Part shown: positions 36,488 to 44,366 of the stretch, in pieces
Numbering within the stretch: the first letter of the stretch is position 1
How the letters are laid out: the number at the start of each line of letters is the position of its first letter
Origin: Octopus bimaculoides
Taxonomy: Eukaryota
Reading direction: 5' to 3'
Assembly: GCF_001194135.2 (NCBI RefSeq)
Contig: NC_068987.1
Coordinates: 86,869,663 to 86,914,028 of the forward strand
DNA: 44,366 bases
Made by a program: the position numbers and the translations under genes
Notes under the pieces: model-generated
Told to the model about the DNA's origin: nothing
The model's database searches: none
The model's input: the letters and a program-made list of their open reading frames with translations, nothing else

Positions 36488-37315
36488 NNNNNNNNNNNNN
36501 NNNNNNNNNNNNNNNNNNNNNNNNNNNNNNNNNNNNNNNNNNNNNNNNNNNNNNNNNNNNNNNNNNNNNNNNNNNNNNNNNNNNNNNNNNNNNNNNNNNN
36601 NNNNNNNNNNNNNNNNNNNNNNNNNNNNNNNNNNNNNNNNNNNNNNNNNNNNNNNNNNNNNNNNNNNNNNNNNNNNNNNNNNNNNNNNNNNNNNNNNNNN
36701 NNNNNNNNNNNNNNNNNNNNNNNNNNNNNNNNNNNNNNNNNNNNNNNNNNNNNNNNNNNNNNNNNNNNNNNNNNNNNNNNNNNNNNNNNNNNNNNNNNNN
36801 NNNNNNNNNNNNNNNNNNNNNNNNNNNNNNNNNNNNNNNNNNNNNNNNNNNNNNNNNNNNNNNNNNNNNNNNNNNNNNNNNNNNNNNNNNNNNNNNNNNN
36901 NNNNNNNNNNNNNNNNNNNNNNNNNNNNNNNNNNNNNNNNNNNNNNNNNNNNNNNNNNNNNNNNNNNNNNNNNNNNNNNNNNNNNNNNNNNNNNNNNNNN
37001 NNNNNNNNNNNNNNNNNNNNNNNNNNNNNNNNNNNNNNNNNNNNNNNNNNNNNNNNNNNNNNNNNNNNNNNNNNNNNNNNNNNNNNNNNNNNNNNNNNNN
37101 NNNNNNNNNNNNNNNNNNNNNNNNNNNNNNNNNNNNNNNNNNNNNNNNNNNNNNNNNNNNNNNNNNNNNNNNNNNNNNNNNNNNNNNNNNNNNNNNNNNN
37201 NNNNNNNNNNNNNNNNNNNNNNNNNNNNNNNGTGTGTGTGTGTGTGTGTGTGGAGTGCGTACTCTTTCTTAAAGGAATACCCTGACACACATAAATATCA
37301 ATTTTAGAATAAGCA

Positions 37316-37610
37316 GCTCTCGGTCGATTACGACGACACGGGTTGCAGTTGATCCGATCAACAGAGGAGCTTGCTCATAAAATTAACATGCAAGTGACTG
37401 AGCACTCCACAAACTTAACGTAGTTCTCAAGGTGATTAAACGTGACACAGAATGTAATAAGGCTGGTCATTCGAATTATAGGTATTATTCCTTTTTGGCA
37501 GCTGAGTGGACGGGAATCACGTGAAAAAAAAGTGTCTTGCTTAAAGGCATAGTGCACCACCGGGTATTGAACTCACAAACTTACGATCTTTAGCCGAATA
37601 CCCCCACAAC
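37316..37610 (-). mobile_element. SINE family B, long-tail subtype, inverted relative to 35352-35670
   Basis: ttgatccgatcaacagaggagcttgctcataaaattaacatgcaagtgac...agtgtcttgcttaaagg...tattgaactcac. Confidence 0.85.
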
Positions 37611-38697
37611 AAAGTACGATGCGTTTTACAATGTCTTCATATTAGAAAGTTACCGGAACGCAGAATTTATCTTAAGAGTATCTATAAGTTGCTGCATAAT
37701 ATATGTGTATGTGCTGATGTGATTGTCACTTTTAGTTTTCTGCATATATGGCAATACAAAGGACTGCTCTACAAATATACTATCTGCACACATTGTTATT
37801 TATGTATATTTTATATTTGATTACATGTTGAAATATATGGTACATAAATGGAAGTTCTAAAGGTGTTATAAATCTGCAAAGGACACAGATTATTCAACAC
37901 CATTAGATGTTACTGGTATAAGTAATGTAAATTTTAATGAAAGGATAAACTTGGCTTATAGCAATGAGTTAAGATAGAAGATGGTATTAATTTAATTTAA
38001 TTTGAAACTAGTATTTACGTAAGATGTAACATGAGTGTTGCCACATAATGTAGGAAAGGTGGGCTAATGTAAATGTCTGTATATAAGAAGTGTATTTAGT
38101 TGGTATTAAAGAAACCAAAAAACTTTAAAATCGTCAATGTCTTATCTACAAATAAGATGGTTAATGATATTTAAAACTTATAAAATACTAGAGATAACAA
38201 TTTACATAAAAGAAAATTTTATAATTATAAAAAAATTATACGAGTAATGTAATTACTCAATTATTTACTTCAAATAAAGAAATTTGCACAGAAATTCCTC
38301 AGAAATTTAAAAAACCCGACTTACAACCATCTTTTTTCAGTAAGCATTCCTCAACACGTAAAATCACAATGTCTAGGTAAATACGTTAAGACACTTTCAC
38401 TGATTGAACAAGATGAGTGTCAAATTGTATATATCCGTCCAGTTAACATAATCTTCACCAATGCAGACTTTGTGTAGTTCACACTGATGATCGGATCTAG
38501 GTTAGAAACCAGCACTTTCTCTATTGGCAAGAAATCTTGTAATAAACGGAATCATAATCAGCAGACGTAGGAGAGTGAGTCAAAGCTGGAAGGTTCGTGC
38601 ATTGGCATTTATCACGCGCATTTTGTAACAACGGACAGACTCTCGGTTATTACGTCTCTCTGTAACTTTTGACAAATATTAATAAAACTTAGACGTA

Positions 38698-38810
38698 GAC
38701 GTGGCTTTATCGTAAGAAGTTCGCTTCGTTCCAGTTTCGATCCCATGGCGAGTCATCTTGAGCAAATGTTTTCTATTGGTAGAGGGAGTTTGAAAGAAAC
38801 CAGTCGTATG
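38698..38810 (+). mobile_element. SINE family D head, degraded
   Basis: gtggctttatcgtaagaagttcgcttc...gtttcgatccca...cttgagcaaatgttttctatt...gaaagaaaccagtcgtatgtgtg. Confidence 0.65.
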
Positions 38811-38968
38811 TGTGTAAGTGTGTGCGCGCGTGTCGTGTGACTGTGTGTGTGTGTGCGTGCCGTGTGATNNNNNNNNNNNNNNNNNNNNNNNNNNNNNNNN
38901 NNNNNNNNNNNNNNNNNNNNNNNNNNNNNNNNNNNNNNNNNNNNNNNNNNNNNNNNNNNNNNNNNNNN

Positions 38969-39005
<37 letters not shown>

Positions 39006-39029
39006 CACACTCACACACTCACACAAATA

Positions 39030-40328
39030 CAGTACCGTGCAAAAGTATTCGTCTACTTTAAACTATTACAAATTTCTACTAATTGTCAACTTAAAAGTGG
39101 ATATTTCGCATTGCGCTTTTTACAGATGAAACACTGGGGCTGTCTGAGTCATTTTTCATACCTAATCATTATATTTTGTAACATGAGTTCTGAATGAGAG
39201 GAAAACAAGTTACTGCACATTGTTAATATTTCGTGTGGCTTCTCTGACTTGGAATAATTCCTTCAATGCTCCTGGGAAGAGATGAAGGGAACAAATCCTT
39301 CATCATCTTCACAGGTATGAGATGCCATTTTCTGTGGTTGAACTCCCACAAATCTTCAAGATTGGGGTGGGGGGATTCTTCTGACGTACTCTTCTCTTTA
39401 GTTCTGTCCACATTTGCTCGGTGACATTTACATCAGGGCTCTGAAATGACCAATGTTCAATACGGTAACACCTTCATCAGCCAGACTCAGTTATGCTGCA
39501 CGTGATCTGTATCTTGAAGCTTATTTATGCTGAAAAATCTTACCTTCATCCAAGTCTGGTATCAAATTGTCCTTCAGTAATTGGATGTATTTGGCACCAA
39601 CTTTCTTGAAGCATCTCTTTTTATGCATCTCCAGAACATCAGACTCTTAGCCCCAAACGTCACTGTTGTCGTCGAGTATCATGGGTCGTTTCGCTTTCCA
39701 ATAAGCGAGAATTGATCAGAAAGCCTACAGATCACATGCAACACAGCAGAGTTTGGCTGATGAATGTGTTACCGTATTGAAAGATTAGTCAGCTCAGAGC
39801 TCTGACTTAAATTTCATCAAGCAAATGTGGACAGAACTAAAAAGAAGTGTTCAACAGTAGAATCCCCGCAATCTGGAAGAGTTATGGGAGCTAACCACAG
39901 ATAATGGCATATCATACCTGTGAAGATGGTGAAAAATTTGAACCCATCTCTTCCCAGGCGCGTTGAAGGCATTATTCGAGGTAAAGGACCAGATATGAAA
40001 TATGAACAATGTACAGTAACTTATTGACATGAAGATTATATAAGAAATATTCATTATAGACATTCTCTCTGTTTTAAAACACTACATCTAGATTGGTTTA
40101 TGTGAGGTGGCCGGAAACTTTTGCACCGACTTTTTTGGTGGTTGTCTCCCATGTTCTCCTCTCATTCAGAACACCTATTTCAAAATATAATGATTACGTA
40201 TAGAAATGATTCCAACAGGGCCAATGTTTCATCTGTAGAAAACGCAATGCAACATATCCACTTATAACTTGCCAATTCGTAGAAATTTATAATAGTTTGA
40301 AGTGGCTGAAGACTTTTGCACGGTACTG
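39030..40328. mobile_element. Tc1-family structure made of two inverted transposase 3' halves (fold-back), TA-flanked
   Basis: Termini cagtaccgtgcaaaagt at 39030 and acttttgcacggtactg at 40312-40328. The left arm (minus) encodes KYIQLLKDNLIPDLDEGKIFQH..QSPDVNVTEQMWTEL..NLEDLWE..IPVKMMKDL..SLPRSIEGII..HTKY*. The right arm (plus) encodes AQSSDLNFIKQMWTELKRSV..PRNLEELWEL..IPVKMVKNL..SLPRRVEGIIRGKG. Confidence 0.9.
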
Positions 40329-40359
40329 TATATATAGGTATATATCTATGTATCTACAT

Positions 40360-40537
40360 GTCTGAGTCTGTGTTGTCCCCTCACTACAGATTAACAACCG
40401 ATTGTGGTGGGTTTAGGCCCCCGCGGTTCTACAAAAGCAAACAACAAATAGAATAGGTACTATGCTTAATAATCCTTCAAGGCGGTATCTCAGCATGGCC
40501 GCAGACAAATGACTGCAATAAGTAAGAGGTAAGAGGT

Positions 40538-40540
<3 letters not shown>
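40360..40540 (+). mobile_element. SINE family D, 3' half
   Basis: caaccgattgtggtgggtttaggcccc...aaggcggtatctcagcatggccgcagacaaatgactgcaataagtaagagg, homologous to the reverse complement of 42860-43070. Confidence 0.75.
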
Positions 40541-40575
<35 letters not shown>

Positions 40576-40699
40576 NNNNNNNNNNNNNNNNNNNNNNNNN
40601 NNNNNNNNNNNNNNNNNNNNNNNNNNNNNNNNNNATATATATATACGTATGTATATAGGTATGTATATATATAAAGTGGTGGTGTGTTGTCAACTTAAT

Positions 40700-40701
40700 G
40701 T

Positions 40702-40751
<50 letters not shown>

Positions 40752-40752
40752 C
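40700..40752. repeat. (GATA)n microsatellite
   Basis: Direct reading. Confidence 0.95.
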
Positions 40753-40914
40753 AGACATACAGCCAGGCACACACAAACACACACACATATCTATATGCTT
40801 TCGGTGCGATCTTTTAATTCTTTTGATAAAGCTTTCCCCTCCAGGTAGTTAAAACCTCCTTCACAGTTTGAAGAAGGCGACAGGAAAAATCTGAAAGTCT
40901 TGAAAGGTCTTGAA

Positions 40915-41115
40915 AGGCAGTGACGTGACAGAGATGTTAGCACGCCGAGCAATATGGTTAGCGGCATTTCGTCCGTCTATACGTCTTCAGTTCGAATTCT
41001 GCTGAGGCCGACTTTGTCTTTCATCATTTCGGGGTCGATAACATAAGTACCAGTTGAGTACTGGGGTTGATGTAATCGATTTCCACTTTCAAAAACTATG
41101 GCACAGTCAAAATTC
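40915..41115 (+). mobile_element. SINE family A
   Basis: gttagcacgccgagc, gttcgaattct B-box, tttcatcatttcggggtcgataacataagtaccagttgagtactggggttgatgtaatcga. Confidence 0.9.
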
Positions 41116-41789
41116 TCGTTACTGCTTGTTCTCAAGCATTTTGAGTTCTGGTTTAAAACATATTTTACATACGATCCTACATTCTATCATCAACATGCAT
41201 TTCATTAATAAAATATCCTTTCTTTGTGATGAATGTATTTTCATTATTTATCTTTGGATATATTTATTTATATAATCTCCCACTGTTAGGTGTATTAGTT
41301 TGTTGTTAGAATAACCATTCTTGATAACTATATATATTTCTTTATTCAGTTCTTTGTTTTCGGATAACGTAAATGCTTCATATCTGCGTGATAATTCTCC
41401 ATTAATTTCATGTATTAATGTTTCTTTTTATTTCAACGGAGAAGACGTTTCTAATGTTTTTCCTTCTCATTTTTCGTTTTGTTTTCTTAATATTCGTGCT
41501 ATGCCAGCTTTTCCTTCTTCCGATGTATCGATTATGACAATATGTCGTACGCATAACTGGTGTATATCATAATATTTCCCGAGAAAAAATATTATTTTCC
41601 ATTGCTGTCCCATTCCTGCCTCATTCTTGCCCGTCACTATGGAAATAGGTTCTGATGTGCTGAAAATGTCGCATGACACACAAATAATCAATTGTTGAGT
41701 AGTATGTGCACGAGCGGAAACAGTCACTCGGAATGCCTCCACTCACATGGATCGACGATATGAAGGGAATAACGAGGCCGCAGTGAGAT

Positions 41790-42190
41790 TAAGAACGCCA
41801 AGCATGGCCCGAAAATCTCTGTTCTGGAGTTCGGTATGGTCCCTGGTACGTGCGGATTTTTCAGGATTTCCATGCGTTCGGCTACGCAAAGCTTGCAGTG
41901 TTACTTCCATTTATGTACGGACCCGTACGGTGGAGGATTTTCCATGATATCGAGTATAGAATTCCATCTTCCATCAGTTGCCAGATATGGCTGGCCAGCT
42001 ATGTTACATATCTCCTTTCCTGGGACCTAGAAGAAGGATCTTTTGTTGGAAAGACCATAGCTGACATGTGGCGTAATTGAAGGAGGGTGACACAACCGGG
42101 GGCCTATGACCAGCAGCAAACGGATGTAATTCTCATCGTTTCCCACTTCATATTTTGAAGATACCATAGGCCAGCAGGTCTGAAGGTCTG
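41790..42190 (-). pseudogene. Penelope-like element GIY-YIG endonuclease remnant
   Basis: Frameshifted minus-strand translation: ENYIRL..NKRSF..RYVT*LASHIWQLMEDGILYSISWKILHRTGPYING.. CKLCVAERMEILKN..NSRTEIFGPC. This matches the Penelope EN C-terminal pattern T.LS.YIW.L...I.W.I....Y...C.LC..E..I...N.R.E...C. Confidence 0.75.
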
Positions 42191-42859
42191 AAGGTACGGC
42201 ATAAAGGTACTCTTTATGGCGAGAAACCCAGGGTAACCCTGTAAACCGGCCTTCACCAGTAATAAACATTGTATACATATGAAGAAGTATATACATATAC
42301 GCTCATGCAGCCAAATATACATATATAAAGATATGTCCGTATCTATGCATATATGTAAATATATACGTGTGCAGACATGTATGTTTGGCGTGCATGAATA
42401 TATACGTGAATTAAAGGTTTGAATCAGTTCATTATTCAAATCCACGGACTGGAAACATATGGATGCGAGGTGAGATTAATAAGAAGCCGGGCATTTTTTT
42501 GTTTTTTTAATTTACGCGTTGCAAATGAAATTCCACCAACAATAATATTGAACACGACGTGGCTGAACGGAAAACTCTGGTAAGAACAAAACTTCTAATA
42601 TGAATGGAGAATATTCTAAAGCTATCTCTTTTATAATTGTGGGTTGTCTGTCATGTTTGCAGACGTCATTTTCATTTGGTGTTCCATAGGACTCCTTCGA
42701 ATTTTTACATTCAGTTGGCGTTCTTAACCCAATATTCTACACAATATTATTCTTGGATTTCTTTAAGGTCCAGCATTAAAAACACAGTGAATCGTTGGTG
42801 ATTTCCCCCACCGTCTTCCTTTTCTCTTGGACTTTCCTCTCTCTCTCTCACTCTCTACT

Positions 42860-43079
42860 GTTTATTCTTTACTCTTTTACTTGTTTCAGTCCTTTTGACT
42901 GTGGTCATGCTGGAGCACCGCCTTTAGTCGAGCAAATCGACCCCAGGACTTATTCTTTGGAAGCCTATTACTTATTCTATCGGTCACTTATGCCGAACCG
43001 CTAAGTTACAGGGACGTAAACACACCAGCATCGGTTGTCAAGCGATGTTGGGCGGACAAACACAGACACACAAACATAT

Positions 43080-43112
<33 letters not shown>

Positions 43113-43819
43113 NNNNNNNNNNNNNNNNNNNNNNNNNNNNNNNNNNNNNNNNNNNNNNNNNNNNNNNNNNNNNNNNNNNNNNNNNNNNNNNNNNNNNNNN
43201 NNNNNNNNNNNNNNNNNNNNNNNNNNNNNNNNNNNNNNNNNNNNNNNNNNNNNNNNNNNNNNNNNNNNNNNNNNNNNNNNNNNNNNNNNNNNNNNNNNNN
43301 NNNNNNNNNNNNNNNNNNNNNNNNNNNNNNNNNNNNNNNNNNNNNNNNNNNNNNNNNNNNNNNNNNNNNNNNNNNNNNNNNNNNNNNNNNNNNNNNNNNN
43401 NNNNNNNNNNNNNNNNNNNNNNNNNNNNNNNNNNNNNNNNNNNNNNNNNNNNNNNNNNNNNNNNNNNNNNNNNNNNNNNNNNNNNNNNNNNNNNNNNNNN
43501 NNNNNNNNNNNNNNNNNNNNNNNNNNNNNNNNNNNNNNNNNNNNNNNNNNNNNNNNNNNNNNNNNNNNNNNNNNNNNNNNNNNNNNNNNNNNNNNNNNNN
43601 NNNNNNNNNNNNNNNNNNNNNNNNNNNNNNNNNNNNNNNNATATATATATATATATACATATATATACGACGGGCTTCTTTCAGTTTCCGCCTACCAAAT
43701 CCACTCACAAGGCGTTGGTCGGCCCGAGGCTATAGTAGAAGACACTTGCCCAAGGTGCCACGCAGTGGGAATGAACCCGGAACCATGTGGTTGGTAAGCA
43801 AGCTACTTACCACGCAGCC
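42860..43819 (-). mobile_element. SINE family D, full length with internal microsatellite and gap
   Basis: Well-preserved head at 43666-43819 (gtggtaagtagcttgcttaccaaccacatggttccgggttcattcccactgcgtggcaccttgggcaagtgtctt), internal (TA)n/gap/(TG)n, 3' half 42860-43080 ending in (gagtaaaa)-like tail repeats. Confidence 0.88.
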
Positions 43820-44366
43820 GTTTTTTTTTTTTTACTGTTTCAGTTGAGGTTCTTTTTGTATTTCTGATTTATTTAGATGGGTATATGAACAATTAAGGAC
43901 CTCTAAATATCAGACTAATACAATAGCGCATTATTGCTCGTGATATCGAGGGTGGTGTATTTCGAAGCTGACAGCGTCTACCAATTCCAGAATAAGGTGC
44001 AACTTCTGGCATCTAGAAGGTGTTTGTATTTTGTGTGTATGTTGAAGATATGAAGAACAGAGAGTAAAAGAGGGAGGAAGTGGCAGAAGTTTAGAAACAA
44101 ACGTATAAAGAAATTGGTAGAGAAAATGAAAAGAAATTAATGTTAGAAAATTAAACTAAGATAACTGAAACGAATAAAGAGAGAGATAGGAGGGTAAACA
44201 GTTATCTTACTAAAGAAGGAAAAAGACGGATTAGGATAAAAATTAGAGAATAACACAGAGAAACAAAGAATCAATTGTCTACTTATGTGTCTACCTATAT
44301 GTGTGAGTGGATGTGAATGCATGAATGTGTATAAGTGTGCAAACATATATACATATGTGTTATATA

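Noticed and set aside
38480-38515. CTGATGA...GAAAC hammerhead-like spacing
   Set aside because: Stems I, II and III do not pair and there is no clear UH site. At most a heavily decayed relic. The adjacent ctttctct.ttggcaagaaatcttg also occurs at ~19690, so it is a dispersed repeat.
39680-39725. Minus-strand CTGATCA...GAAACGA
   Set aside because: G8 missing, stem II does not start next to the core, and it lies inside the Tc1 relic.
41440-41475. Minus-strand GAAACGTC as the HHR of the Penelope relic
   Set aside because: No CUGANGA or stem II upstream.
42465-42700. Possible mariner-like terminus (tgcgaggtgagattaataag...)
   Set aside because: No matching second TIR or transposase peptide found.

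Overview
AT-rich, microsatellite-dense animal genomic DNA with 11 N-gaps, most flanked by simple repeats. The repeat families look like those of Octopus/coleoid cephalopods; this is recognition from memory, not a database result. I found no host protein-coding exon I can support: the ORF track is mostly microsatellite or gap read-through plus transposon remnants. The window is a transposon graveyard: at least four tRNA-derived SINE families, an RTE-type LINE RT fragment, an R4/Dong-like RLE LINE 3' end, a Penelope GIY-YIG remnant, a full-length decayed mariner, an internally deleted mariner, a fold-back Tc1 made of two right ends, and MITEs. The most interesting signal is a set of Penelope-type minimal hammerhead ribozyme (HHR) motifs in unrelated contexts. 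One has a fully intact core (9979-10021, minus). Another is fused to a tRNA-like Pol III head and carries an inverted terminal duplication (20169-20478), making it a candidate ribozyme-bearing, Penelope-mobilised SINE. Several long hairpins and inverted SINE pairs could form dsRNA if the region is transcribed.
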